Shown: piece by piece, positions 1 to 9,517 of the stretch
Numbering within the stretch: position 1 is the first letter of the stretch
Layout: each line of letters starts with the position of its first letter
Origin: a virus
Lineage: Duplodnaviria; Caudoviricetes
DNA length: 52,333 nt
IMG/VR virus record: IMGVR_UViG_3300043446_000626
Span: 1 to 52,333 of that record
Strand: one strand, 5' to 3'
The notes under the pieces: model-generated
The model's input: the letters and a program-made list of their open reading frames with translations, nothing else
Told to the model about the DNA's origin: nothing
Databases searched by the model: none
Position numbers and translations under genes: made by a program

Positions 1-127
1 GAGCCTGGAAGCCGCGCAAGGGCTTCAATGAAGCGTTGGAAGTGCTCAGGCTTCTGAAGGAGATCAAATGTCCTACTCAGACACCTACGGACAGGTCTTC
101 AATGTCCAGACGCTGATCGACCATGCC
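1..127. repeat. 127-nt terminal overlap identical to 52207-52333 (circular contig)
   Basis: GAGCCTGGAAGCC...GATCGACCATGCC occurs at both ends; ORF 51859-52263 and ORF 68-1150 read through the junction. Confidence 0.97.
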
Positions 128-1150
128 GCCAGAAGGTGCGGAAAACTGGCCGAAGAACTGACTTCTGAGCAAGTTTTGAGTGCTCGGGAGTCGCTTGGCT
201 TCGTTCTGACGAACCTGATCAACATCGGCATCCAGTATTGGGCGATCAAGAAGGAAGTCATTGGCCTGAACGCCAACAAGTACATCTATTCGCTGCCCAT
301 CGGGGCCAATGATGTGCTCAATGCCCTATACCGGCAGATGAATCGGCCCACTCCGAACGCTTTCGGTGGGTATACAACCTCTGCAGGGGGTGTGATCGCC
401 AACGCTTTCGACAACAACATCGACACCTACACCCAACAGACGAGCCCGAACGGCAACATCGGCATCAATTACGGCACGGACAACCCGATCTATGCCGGAT
501 CGATCGGTATCCTGCCCTATGTGGCCGGTGGGGGCAGTGCTTCTTGGACTCTGACGCTCGAATACTCGACCAATGGGTCCACTTGGAGCACTCTGGACAG
601 CCTGGGGACGGTCATCGTGACCGACAACCAGTGGATCTGGACTGATATTGACCCTGGACAGAGCGTTCAATACTACCGGGTGCGTGCTTCGGGCGGTACG
701 ACCCTGGCTTTGCGTGAGTTCTATGTCGGGAACAACTCCCGAGAGATCACAATGAGCCGTTTGAACCGCGACGACTACACAAACCTGCCAAACAAGAACT
801 TTACGGCCAATCAACCGTACCAGTTCTGGTTCAACCGCACGGTTCCGCAGCCGGAAATCTACTTGTGGCCGGTCCCGAGTGATCCTTTCATCCAAATGAC
901 GATCTGGTACTCCAAACAGATCATGGATGTGGGTGATCTGACCGATGAACTGCAGATTCCGCAGCGTTGGTACCTTGCTGTGGTCAATATGCTTGCCCAT
1001 CAGATGTCTCTGGAACTGCCTGCAGTGGACATCGGTCGCGTCCAATACCTGGAGCAGCAGGCAGAAAAATATTTGGCTCTTGCAGAAGCCGAAGAAAGAG
1101 ATAAATCTCCTATATATTTTTCGCCGAATATTTCAGTATATACACGATAA
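68..1150 (+). CDS. Virion structural protein, head-tail adaptor/tail tubular-like, with inserted beta-sandwich domain
   Basis: SD AAGGAG; N-terminal LIDHAARRCG and C-terminal YLWPVP..QIPQRWYLAV pattern typical of podovirus adaptor proteins; lies in the late operon. Confidence 0.6.
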   Translation: MSYSDTYGQVFNVQTLIDHAARRCGKLAEELTSEQVLSARESLGFVLTNLINIGIQYWAIKKEVIGLNANKYIYSLPIGANDVLNALYRQMNRPTPNAFGGYTTSAGGVIANAFDNNIDTYTQQTSPNGNIGINYGTDNPIYAGSIGILPYVAGGGSASWTLTLEYSTNGSTWSTLDSLGTVIVTDNQWIWTDIDPGQSVQYYRVRASGGTTLALREFYVGNNSREITMSRLNRDDYTNLPNKNFTANQPYQFWFNRTVPQPEIYLWPVPSDPFIQMTIWYSKQIMDVGDLTDELQIPQRWYLAVVNMLAHQMSLELPAVDIGRVQYLEQQAEKYLALAEAEERDKSPIYFSPNISVYTR

Positions 1151-1164
1151 TATTTGGAGATTAA

Positions 1165-1506
1165 ATGCCAGTATTTCTCAATACCTTAGGCAACGCATCT
1201 CTTGCAATATTCGTGTGTGATCGCTGCAAGATGAAGCGTCCTATGGACGAGCAGATGTCGGACTTCAACTTCCCTGGGTTAAAGGTCTGTCAGCAGGGCT
1301 GCGCCGACGAGAAAGACCCCTATCGCCTGCCTGCGAGAAAGACTGAGCGGATTAACCTGCGTTTTCCTCGCCCGGATGTGTCTGTGGCTCTAGACCCCAA
1401 CGGACTGGCGGTGGATACTGCGGGATCTGTGATCGTGTCGCTTCAACAGAACAACGATACACCTGAGAATAACGGGAACTTGGACGGCATTGAGGTGCAA
1501 CCGTAA
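1165..1506 (+). CDS. Small Cys-motif phage protein (CDRC...C...C), probably virion-associated
   Basis: SD GGAG; stop overlaps next ATG (TAATG). Confidence 0.6.
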   Translation: MPVFLNTLGNASLAIFVCDRCKMKRPMDEQMSDFNFPGLKVCQQGCADEKDPYRLPARKTERINLRFPRPDVSVALDPNGLAVDTAGSVIVSLQQNNDTPENNGNLDGIEVQP

Positions 1507-4484
1507 TGGCCAATGTATCCATCACCAACCTTCCTGCCGCGCAGCCCCTGACTGGCACCGAATTGGTGCCGGTTGTCCAAGATGGGCTCACTGTCCGGAC
1601 GACTACTTCTGCCATTGCGAACGCACCGGTTCAGACGCAGACCTTCCTGACGGTCAACAACGAGCCGACGCTTCCGAACAGCCGCTACTTCTCAACGGAT
1701 GCGAACTTCATCCTTTCTGATGGTGGGGCGCAGTCCTTCTTTCGCCTGAACCTGACCGGCGCCGCGGCAAGCCTTGCTGCTTCTGGCAATGGCATTCAGG
1801 TCAAGACGAGCAGCACCACCGTTACTGGCAGGACGCTGACTTCTGGAACTACAGGGCTTTCAATCGCCAACGGGGATGGAGTCTCTGGGAATCCGACCTT
1901 CTCTTTGACTGGGAATGTCCTGTCGCTTGCAAATGCCTCAGGAGCGGGTCTATTGGCCCTCTCAGGCCCTTCCGCGGTCACGTTCAGGGCAATCCAAGGT
2001 ACAGCCTCAGAAATCGACGTAGCGAACGGTACGGGCGCTTCTGCTGATCCGACCATTGGGTTGGCGGACAACCCGATCCTCCCTGGAACTGGTTCTACCA
2101 CCCTGCCGAAGGGGACTACGGCGCAGAGGTCTGCAGGCGTGACCGGCATGGTCCGCTATAACACCGATCTGGCGACGTTTGAAGGGTACACGCTGAGTGG
2201 GTGGAATCAGTTCGCCCTGACAGGTGGTGTGACTCTCATCAACACCGGCACTGGTTTGACGGGCGGCCCGATCACCACGACGGGGACGATTTCGATCGCC
2301 AACACGGGTGTGACGGCAGCGACCTATGGTTCGGCCACTGAAGTCGCGCAGATCGCTGTCAATGCACAGGGCCAGATCACCAGTGCGAGTAACGTCGCCA
2401 TCACCGCAAGTGGTATCGGGGCTGTGGCGTCTGTCTCTGGTACGGCCAACGAGATCACCGCGACGGGAACTACGAACGTCACGCTATCTTTGCCGTCGTC
2501 CTTGACCTTCACCGGCAAGACGGTCACCAACGGCACGTTCAACTCCCCGACCCTGGTCACCCCTGCGTTGGGTACCCCCACTTCGGGAACCTTGACCAAC
2601 GCCACGGGCCTTCCGATCTCCTCCGGCGTATCCGGCCTGGGGACGGGAGTTGCATCCGCCCTAGCAGTCAATGTAGGTGCTTCGGGTGCCTTTGTCGTCA
2701 ATGGCGGGGCGCTTGGGACTCCTTCGTCTGGAACTCTGACCAACACGACCGGCCTGCCCATTTCGACGGGTGTCTCTGGTCTGGGAACTGGCGTTGCCTC
2801 TGCTCTGGCTGTCAACGTCGGCACTGGCGGTTCGGTGGTGGTTAACGGAGGAGCCCTTGGAACTCCTTCCTCGGGTACTTTGACAAATGCCACGGGGCTT
2901 CCCATCTCCACAGGTGTGAGTGGTCTGGGAACCGGTATTGCGACCTTCCTGGCAACTCCGTCGAGCGCGAACCTTGCCGCCGCGGTCACGGACGAAACCG
3001 GCTCTGGCGCTCTGGTCTTCGGCACGAGTCCTACGATTGCTACGCCCGCGATCACGGGCGGGACCATCAACAACACGATCATCGGCGGGACGACACCGGC
3101 CGCGGGTACGTTCACTTCGGTGACGATGACCTCGGGCACGATCACCACGGCTCCGGTCAATGGAAACGACATCGTCAACAAGACCTACGCGGATTCGATC
3201 GCCACTGGCATCAACTTCCATCAGGCTTGCCGACTTGCCACCACGACGGCTCTTCCGTCCTGCACCTACAGCAACGGGGCTTCCGGTGTAGGCGCAACCC
3301 TGACAGCAACGGCGAATGGCGCCTTGTCGGTGGACAGCACGCTTGTTGCGGCTACCAACCGAATCCTGGTCAAGAACCAAGCCAGTCAGGCGCAGAACGG
3401 GGTCTACACGGTCACCCAAGCGGGTAACGGAAGCACTCCTTTCATCCTGACCCGCGCAACCGACTTTGATACTCCGGGAACCGGGGTCAATCAAATCGAT
3501 GCCGGTGACTTCTTCCTGATCACCGCAGGATCGACTCTAGCGAATACCTCCTGGGTGCAGCAAACACCGCTGCCGATCACGGTCGGAACCACGGCGATTG
3601 TCTTCTCGCAGTTCGGTGCTCCGCTGACTTATTCAGCCGGAACTGGACTAACTGAGTCTCCGGCCTACACCTTCAACATCGCCAACACTGGGGTGTCTTC
3701 CGGGTCTTACGGAAGTGCTTCTAGCGTTCCGGTGTTCTCGGTCAACGCCCAGGGTCAGATCACTACAGCGGTCAGCACTTCGATTGCGATTGCTGCATCT
3801 CAGGTGACTTCTGGGACGCTTGCAGTAGCCCAAGGTGGTACGAACATTGCCTCCTACGCCGTTGGAGACCTGCTCTACGCCACTGGGACTACGACGCTTT
3901 CCAAGTTGGCGATTGGCACGAACGGGCAGGTTCTGACCTCTTCCGGGACGGCCCCGCAGTATGTGAACCAGTCTAGCCTGTCGGTTGGATCGGCCACGAC
4001 TGCGACGAACCTCGCAGGAGGAACGACGGGCGCGTTGCCGTACCAGACTGGTGCAGGGGCAACGACCTTCCTGAGCCTGGGGACAGCAAACTTCGTCCTG
4101 ACGGCAGGAGCATCCGCGCCCCAATATGTGGCTCAAAGCACCCTTTCAGTGGGCGCTGCAACGAACATTTCAGGTGGCGCAGCAGGCTCATTGCCGTACA
4201 ACACGGGCTCTGGAGCGACAACCTTCCTAAGTCTTGGGACTTCCGGACAAGTATTGACTGCCGGGGCGAGTTCTCCTCAGTATGTCAATCAATCCACTCT
4301 TTCAGTTGGTTCTGCAACTAATGCAACGAACACGGCGATCACTGCGAACTCAACGAACGCCACAAACTATCTGACCTTCGTTTCTGCTACTACTGGAAAT
4401 CTTCCCCAGTTAGTAAACTCATCCATCACCTGTAACCCCAGTACAGGCCAGATTACTGGCGGCATCGCAGGTGGATCGTTCTGA
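1506..4484 (+). CDS. Long tail fibre protein (Gly/Thr/Ser/Ala-rich, internal repeats)
   Basis: 992 aa; N-terminal ITNLPAA..LTGTELVPVVQDG anchor; GTTAQR..GMVRYNTD..FEGY motif; RILVKNQ..QNGVY..LTRATDFD fibre module. Confidence 0.8.
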   Translation: MANVSITNLPAAQPLTGTELVPVVQDGLTVRTTTSAIANAPVQTQTFLTVNNEPTLPNSRYFSTDANFILSDGGAQSFFRLNLTGAAASLAASGNGIQVKTSSTTVTGRTLTSGTTGLSIANGDGVSGNPTFSLTGNVLSLANASGAGLLALSGPSAVTFRAIQGTASEIDVANGTGASADPTIGLADNPILPGTGSTTLPKGTTAQRSAGVTGMVRYNTDLATFEGYTLSGWNQFALTGGVTLINTGTGLTGGPITTTGTISIANTGVTAATYGSATEVAQIAVNAQGQITSASNVAITASGIGAVASVSGTANEITATGTTNVTLSLPSSLTFTGKTVTNGTFNSPTLVTPALGTPTSGTLTNATGLPISSGVSGLGTGVASALAVNVGASGAFVVNGGALGTPSSGTLTNTTGLPISTGVSGLGTGVASALAVNVGTGGSVVVNGGALGTPSSGTLTNATGLPISTGVSGLGTGIATFLATPSSANLAAAVTDETGSGALVFGTSPTIATPAITGGTINNTIIGGTTPAAGTFTSVTMTSGTITTAPVNGNDIVNKTYADSIATGINFHQACRLATTTALPSCTYSNGASGVGATLTATANGALSVDSTLVAATNRILVKNQASQAQNGVYTVTQAGNGSTPFILTRATDFDTPGTGVNQIDAGDFFLITAGSTLANTSWVQQTPLPITVGTTAIVFSQFGAPLTYSAGTGLTESPAYTFNIANTGVSSGSYGSASSVPVFSVNAQGQITTAVSTSIAIAASQVTSGTLAVAQGGTNIASYAVGDLLYATGTTTLSKLAIGTNGQVLTSSGTAPQYVNQSSLSVGSATTATNLAGGTTGALPYQTGAGATTFLSLGTANFVLTAGASAPQYVAQSTLSVGAATNISGGAAGSLPYNTGSGATTFLSLGTSGQVLTAGASSPQYVNQSTLSVGSATNATNTAITANSTNATNYLTFVSATTGNLPQLVNSSITCNPSTGQITGGIAGGSF
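2565..2960 (+). repeat. About three tandem 144-nt (48-aa) repeats in the tail fibre
   Basis: ALGTPSSGTLTNATGLPISTGVSGLGTGVASALAVNVG units begin at 2565, 2709 and 2853. Confidence 0.9.
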
Positions 4485-4487
4485 GCC

Positions 4488-5144
4488 ATGTTCTACACCT
4501 ACGCGCACTTCAAGCCTGACAACTCGGTGTTCTACATCGGGAAGGGTCATGGGCGCCGTGCGTGGTCGACGAAGGGCAGGAACATCCACTGGCGCAGGAT
4601 CGTGGCAAAGTACGGAGACCACCGAGTACAAATTTTGGCTCAGTGGAAGACGGAGCAAGAGGCGTTTGAGCATGAGAAGTTTTTGATTGCTTGCTTTCGG
4701 GATATGGGCTTTGTGTTGGCAAACATCACTCTTGGCGGAGAAGGCGCAACAGGGCTTGTCCATACAGAAGAAGTGAAAAGAAAGATCAGCCTTATAAATA
4801 AGGGCCGCAAGCCAACGCCAGAACAAGTGGAAAAAATTAGGCTAAAGAGCCTAAATAGAAAACACTCTGAGCAAACTAAACAATATCTTTCAAAGATAAA
4901 CAAAGAAAGAGTCTTGACTGCCGATCAAAAACAACGCATTCGGAACGCTCATTTAGGAAAATCTCTTAGCGAAGAGACAAAAAGAAAAATCTCTCTAGCG
5001 CACTTGGGCAAAACCATGTCTGATGAGCACAGAGCGATAATATCTGCCACCCATAAGGGCAAAAAACAGTCTTCCGAGCAAGTCAAGAAAAGAATTGCAG
5101 CAAGACTGGCAACATTAGCCGCAAGAAAATCTGAAAGGAATTGA
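4488..5144 (+). CDS. Free-standing GIY-YIG homing endonuclease with NUMOD3-like repeats
   Basis: FYTYAH..FYIGKG..RAW N-terminus; NITLGGEG; repeated H(T/S)EE(T/V)KRKIS motifs; AT-rich relative to the genome. Confidence 0.85.
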   Translation: MFYTYAHFKPDNSVFYIGKGHGRRAWSTKGRNIHWRRIVAKYGDHRVQILAQWKTEQEAFEHEKFLIACFRDMGFVLANITLGGEGATGLVHTEEVKRKISLINKGRKPTPEQVEKIRLKSLNRKHSEQTKQYLSKINKERVLTADQKQRIRNAHLGKSLSEETKRKISLAHLGKTMSDEHRAIISATHKGKKQSSEQVKKRIAARLATLAARKSERN

Positions 5145-5145
5145 G

Positions 5146-6870
5146 ATGGCCCAAAGTAACTATACTCCCATCCTCATTTATGGTTCTACTACGCCAGGGA
5201 ATGTTCCTTCTGCGGGTAATTTAACAACCAGTTCTTCTGGGGTAGAACTTGCTCTGAATGCGGCCGATGGCAAGTTGTTCTACAAGGACAACGGCGGTGT
5301 GGTGCGCGTCATCGCGCAGACCTCCTCTGTCACCAACGTCGCCTCCATCAGTTTCGGAACTACCGGACTGACCCCAAGCACCGCGACAACTGGAGCAGTA
5401 ACGGTAGCCGGAACGCTCGCCACGACGAACGGCGGTACGGGCCTGACCTCCTTCACGGCCAACCGGGTCTTCTACGCCTCGTCCACGAGCGCCATCGCTC
5501 AGAGCGCGAACCTGACCTTCGACGGCACGACCCTCACGGCCAACAACTTCACGGATTCCTCCCTGACTTCGGGCCGGGTGACTTACGCCACCACGGGTGG
5601 AAACCTGACGGACAGCGCGAACCTGACGTTTGATGGGACTTCGCTGACGCTCGGTGGGAATCCCACCCTCTCCGCAGGCACCGCCAACGGAGTTGCGTAC
5701 CTCAATGGCAGCAAGGTGCTGACCACGGGGAGTGCGCTGACATATGTAGGCGGCGCTCTGCTGAATACCGGAAGTTTCGCGTCAACAGACGGCACGAACA
5801 TTGGCGAAATCAAAATCAACGCGGCAACGCTTGATTTCAATACTTCATCTAGCGTTATCCCGCAGGTGTTCAGACTCGGTTCGTCCGAACAAATGCGCCT
5901 GACCTCTACCGGCCTGGGCATTGGGACGAGTTCGCCTGCAAACAAACTGGTTGTGTCCAACGCAGGGGCGCAGGGGTTTGAATTTGACCCCGCAAACGGG
6001 ATTATTCAAACTTACAACCGCAGCGGCGGTGCTTATACGGATATGCGCCCGTATGCATTAAATATGCGGTTCTTTACTGGGTCAAGCCCTGTAGAAACCA
6101 TGCGCCTCGACGCTGCAGGCAACCTCGGCCTGGGGGTGACGCCGAGTGCTTGGGGTAGTGGCATCCGGTCGGTGCAGGTCGGCAACTACTCCGCGCTGAC
6201 GAACAATCAGGGCGGATTCACTTGGCTGAGTAATAACGCTTTCTACGACACTGCTTGGAAATACCTCACTACGAACCGCGCCCTGTACTACGCACAGGAT
6301 ACTGGAGATGGTGGTCACAAGTGGTTCACCGCCCCCACCGGCACCGCAGGAAACCCGATCTCGTTCACGCAGGCGATGACGCTGACGCAGGGTGGGAATC
6401 TGTTGGTGGGGACTACGAGTGATTCCGGCGCACGCATCAGGTGCGACTATTCGGGTCAGTCCCAAGGTATTCGTGTGGGCACTACGGCAACTACAGGAAC
6501 CGCAATTCAGTTTGTGTATGAGCCGGCAACTCAGGTCGGCACCATCACTACGACAACGACCTCAACGGCTTACAACACATCATCTGACTACCGCCTGAAG
6601 AACATCACTGGCCCGGTTGCCAACAGCGGCGCGTACATCGACGCACTCAAGCCCGTGGAAGGTACTTGGAAGGCTGACGGTTCAACCTTCGTCGGTTTGA
6701 TCGCGCACGAGGCGCAAGAAGTCTCGCGCACCACAGTCGCCACCGGCACCAAGGATGGCGAACAGATGCAGGCAATGGATTACGGCAACTCGGAGTTCAT
6801 CGCAAACATCATCGCCGAACTGCAATCCCTCCGCGCACGCGTGGCGCAACTCGAAACCAAAGGAGCCTAA
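5146..6870 (+). CDS. Tail fibre/receptor-binding protein with C-terminal intramolecular chaperone (peptidase S74-like)
   Basis: N-terminal ELALNAADGKLFYKD domain; C-terminal TSSDYRLK...GLIAHEAQEV...ELQSLRARVAQLE. Confidence 0.85.
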   Translation: MAQSNYTPILIYGSTTPGNVPSAGNLTTSSSGVELALNAADGKLFYKDNGGVVRVIAQTSSVTNVASISFGTTGLTPSTATTGAVTVAGTLATTNGGTGLTSFTANRVFYASSTSAIAQSANLTFDGTTLTANNFTDSSLTSGRVTYATTGGNLTDSANLTFDGTSLTLGGNPTLSAGTANGVAYLNGSKVLTTGSALTYVGGALLNTGSFASTDGTNIGEIKINAATLDFNTSSSVIPQVFRLGSSEQMRLTSTGLGIGTSSPANKLVVSNAGAQGFEFDPANGIIQTYNRSGGAYTDMRPYALNMRFFTGSSPVETMRLDAAGNLGLGVTPSAWGSGIRSVQVGNYSALTNNQGGFTWLSNNAFYDTAWKYLTTNRALYYAQDTGDGGHKWFTAPTGTAGNPISFTQAMTLTQGGNLLVGTTSDSGARIRCDYSGQSQGIRVGTTATTGTAIQFVYEPATQVGTITTTTTSTAYNTSSDYRLKNITGPVANSGAYIDALKPVEGTWKADGSTFVGLIAHEAQEVSRTTVATGTKDGEQMQAMDYGNSEFIANIIAELQSLRARVAQLETKGA

Positions 6871-6872
6871 AC

Positions 6873-7199
6873 ATGGCAATCACCATCACCATTAACCAAC
6901 TTGATCGAAAGATCGACACCGGAACCGTGTATGTCGCCCACTGGAGCGCAAGCAAGACCGTGGACGGCTTTACCGCAGGCTCCTACGGCACGGTGTCGTT
7001 CCCCGAGAAAGCCCCTACGGACCCCGGCTTCATTGCCTACGAAAACCTGACCGCATCCATCGTGGACGGTTGGGTTCGCACCGCATTGGGTGACGAGCAA
7101 CTCGCTGCGATGGAGGCCGCATACGACGCCTCGATTGCCGAGCAGCAAGCCCCCAAGACCGCATCCGGCCTGCCCTGGATGAACACCGCAACCGCCTAA
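6873..7199 (+). CDS. Tail fibre-associated small protein
   Basis: Directly follows the fibre gene; C-terminal SGLPW motif; SD AAGGAG. Confidence 0.6.
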   Translation: MAITITINQLDRKIDTGTVYVAHWSASKTVDGFTAGSYGTVSFPEKAPTDPGFIAYENLTASIVDGWVRTALGDEQLAAMEAAYDASIAEQQAPKTASGLPWMNTATA

Positions 7200-7214
7200 C
7201 CACAGGAACACACC

Positions 7215-7388
7215 ATGCAACCCACCAACGACACCCCCATCAGCCTGACCTTGGGCCTCGTGAACGGCATCCTGCAATACTTGGGCACCCGGCCCTATCA
7301 AGAGGTATTTCAGATCGTCCAAGCCATTCAAGAGCAGGCCACCCCACAGGTGCCGGTGCCCGAAGTGAAGGATGAAACGGTGCAGTGA
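7215..7388 (+). CDS. 57-aa hypothetical protein (absent from ORF track)
   Basis: MQPTNDTPISLTLGLVNGILQYLGTRPYQEVFQIVQAIQEQA...; SD CAGGA; fills the intergenic gap. Confidence 0.7.
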   Translation: MQPTNDTPISLTLGLVNGILQYLGTRPYQEVFQIVQAIQEQATPQVPVPEVKDETVQ

Positions 7389-7585
7389 TGGAAGAAACCG
7401 TTGAAACCAAATTCTTCGTACATGAAGCGGTTTGCGCTCAGCGGTACGAAGCCATTGAAAGACGCCTAGAGGACGGCAGCAAGCGCATGACGCGCATTGA
7501 GCATCTGCTCTATATAACCATTGCTGCTGTCTTTCTCGGTCCCGGCGTGGCGGCACTGTTCCTGAAGAACCTATTGGGAATCTGA
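7388..7585 (+). CDS. Small coiled-coil plus single-TM protein (lysis region)
   Basis: HEAVCAQRYEAIERRL coiled coil then hydrophobic C-terminus; TGATG coupling. Confidence 0.65.
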   Translation: MEETVETKFFVHEAVCAQRYEAIERRLEDGSKRMTRIEHLLYITIAAVFLGPGVAALFLKNLLGI

Positions 7586-8079
7586 TGGAACCGATCACCG
7601 GCATTCTCGCGGCAGTATCAGCGGCGAATGCTGCGTTCGGGGCCGTTAAGAAACTCGTCGCCACGGGCCGCGAGATTCAAGATGTTGCCGGTCAGATTGG
7701 CAAGTGGTATGGGGCGTTTGGGGACTTCAACCGCCTCGCCACCGAGAAGGCCAACAAGAAGCCCTCGGTCTTCAAGCGTCTGCTGCACGACGACAGCATT
7801 GAGAATGAAGCCTTGCAGATCACGATGCACAAGCAGGCGCTGATCAAGCAGGAGTACGAACTCAAGATTCTGATCATCGCTCACTACGGTGAGAGCGTTT
7901 ACAACGAGATGATCATGGAGCGCATCCGGCTGAAGAAGGAGCGCGAGAAAAAGGAGCGCGAGCACCGGCTACGGCAGCAGAACTTCATGCTCAACGCCAA
8001 GTACGGTGCGGGTATTGCCTTCCTTCTTACTGCCCTAATTGGGCTTGCTTACTACCTCATTGATAAGGTGCAGAGATGA
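7585..8079 (+). CDS. Membrane-anchored hypothetical protein
   Basis: 164 aa with C-terminal TM helix; translationally coupled. Confidence 0.7.
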   Translation: MEPITGILAAVSAANAAFGAVKKLVATGREIQDVAGQIGKWYGAFGDFNRLATEKANKKPSVFKRLLHDDSIENEALQITMHKQALIKQEYELKILIIAHYGESVYNEMIMERIRLKKEREKKEREHRLRQQNFMLNAKYGAGIAFLLTALIGLAYYLIDKVQR

Positions 8080-8579
8080 GTTTCAAGAAACCCCCAGAGG
8101 GCGCAAGCCGGTCGGAAAGGGAGGCCCATGTCAAGGCTCTTGCTGCGGTTTCTATTAGCATCCTTGCTCTTCTCCTTGCTGTTACAAATTACTTTGCCGG
8201 ACGGAACTCATCTGCTGTTCTCAACGGAACCATAGCGGCCAACAACCTGTGGACGTGGTACGGCACCAAGAATGTGCGTGCATCCATGTACTCCATCGCG
8301 GCAGAGCAGGGCGGAAAGTCAGCGGACACCTTCGACAAGCAGGCCACCCGGCTCAAGGACGACATGGTGGAGATTGAAGTCATGGCCCGTGAGGCAGAGG
8401 CTGCGCGTGATGCGGCCAAGGCCAAGTCCCCCTACTACTCCTACTCCGGCATGGCGCTGCAACTTGCCATCGTCCTGTCCTCTGCGGCCATCCTGGCTGT
8501 CACCCTGAGCCTGTTCTACGCCTCCATCGGCGTGGGTGCGGTCGGGGTGCTTCTGTTTTTCGTAGCCTTGGGAGTCTGA
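8076..8579 (+). CDS. Membrane protein, DUF4337-like
   Basis: Three TM segments; W.WY..K and ALQLAIVLSSAAIL motifs. Confidence 0.55.
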   Translation: MSFKKPPEGASRSEREAHVKALAAVSISILALLLAVTNYFAGRNSSAVLNGTIAANNLWTWYGTKNVRASMYSIAAEQGGKSADTFDKQATRLKDDMVEIEVMAREAEAARDAAKAKSPYYSYSGMALQLAIVLSSAAILAVTLSLFYASIGVGAVGVLLFFVALGV

Positions 8580-8580
8580 A

Positions 8581-9075
8581 ATGCTTGAACTACTCAGTGG
8601 CGGTATCTTCGGCTCCCTCCTTGGAGGCGTGTTCCGCCTTGCCCCGGAAGTCCTGAAGTTTTTCGACAAGAAGAATGAACGCAGCCATGAACTACTGATG
8701 TTCAACCGCCAGTGCGAACTGGAGCAGATCCGTGGTCAGCAGAAGTTGGCTGAGATTGGGGCCGAGCGGGACAAGGCCATTGACACAGGCGTCATGGATG
8801 CCTTCAACGCCGCCATCAACCAACAGGCTGAGATGGCGAAAGCCGCAGGGGGTTGGGCAGCATCTCTGTCCGCTTCAGTCCGCCCGGTGGTTACCTACTG
8901 GGTTATCCTGCTGTGGTCGTTCATTCACCTATGGTTTGCTTGGAACTCGTGGATGGCAGGCGCTTCGCCCAAGGAAGTCTTCATGACCATGATGACGGCT
9001 GATTTCATGGCTCTGGTGTCCGGAACCATCAATTATTGGTTCCTTGACCGCACTTTGAAGCAGCGTGGCCTATGA
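8581..9075 (+). CDS. Putative holin (GTA 3TM holin-like)
   Basis: SASVRPVVTY and YWFLDR motifs, TM helices, directly upstream of the lysozyme. Confidence 0.65.
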   Translation: MLELLSGGIFGSLLGGVFRLAPEVLKFFDKKNERSHELLMFNRQCELEQIRGQQKLAEIGAERDKAIDTGVMDAFNAAINQQAEMAKAAGGWAASLSASVRPVVTYWVILLWSFIHLWFAWNSWMAGASPKEVFMTMMTADFMALVSGTINYWFLDRTLKQRGL

Positions 9076-9515
9076 ATCTCGACCTCGCAGCAGAACTCTG
9101 CCGCAGGTTTGAGGGGTTTAGGAGCAAACCCTACCTCTGCCCTGCCGGTGTTCCTACCATCGGGTATGGCAGCACCTACTACGCTTCTGGAGCCAAGGTT
9201 ACGCTTAACGACGCTCCTGTAACCAAGGAAGAGGCGAATGCTCTATTGATGACAGAGTTGAGCCACACCTATGCTCTTGGAGTTTTGAGGCTCTGCCCCA
9301 TTTTGGCCGCGCATCCGGCTAGGTTCAATGCGATCGTGGACTTTTGCTACAACCTAGGGGTCGGGAGGCTTCAAACCTCCACCCTTAGGCGCAAGATCAA
9401 CGCTCAGGACTGGGATGGCGCAAAGGAGCAGTTGATGCTATGGACCAAAGCAGGGGGGAAAGTCTTGCCTGGACTGGTCCGTCGTCGTGAAGCCGAAGTC
9501 TCTTTGATGGGGTAA
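9072..9515 (+). CDS. Endolysin, GH24 phage lysozyme
   Basis: FEGFRSKPYLCPAGVPTIGYGST catalytic region; FCYNLG; GLVRRREAE. Confidence 0.93.
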   Translation: MNLDLAAELCRRFEGFRSKPYLCPAGVPTIGYGSTYYASGAKVTLNDAPVTKEEANALLMTELSHTYALGVLRLCPILAAHPARFNAIVDFCYNLGVGRLQTSTLRRKINAQDWDGAKEQLMLWTKAGGKVLPGLVRRREAEVSLMG

Positions 9516-9517
9516 AC

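Noticed and set aside
4485-5145. Group I intron splitting a single fibre gene
   Set aside because: Both flanking genes have their own stop/start and the HEG fills the gap, leaving no room for intron core elements; same reasoning for 10548-11285 and 48747-49493
5146-6870. Diversity-generating retroelement target
   Set aside because: No reverse transcriptase and no template/variable repeat pair seen in the genome
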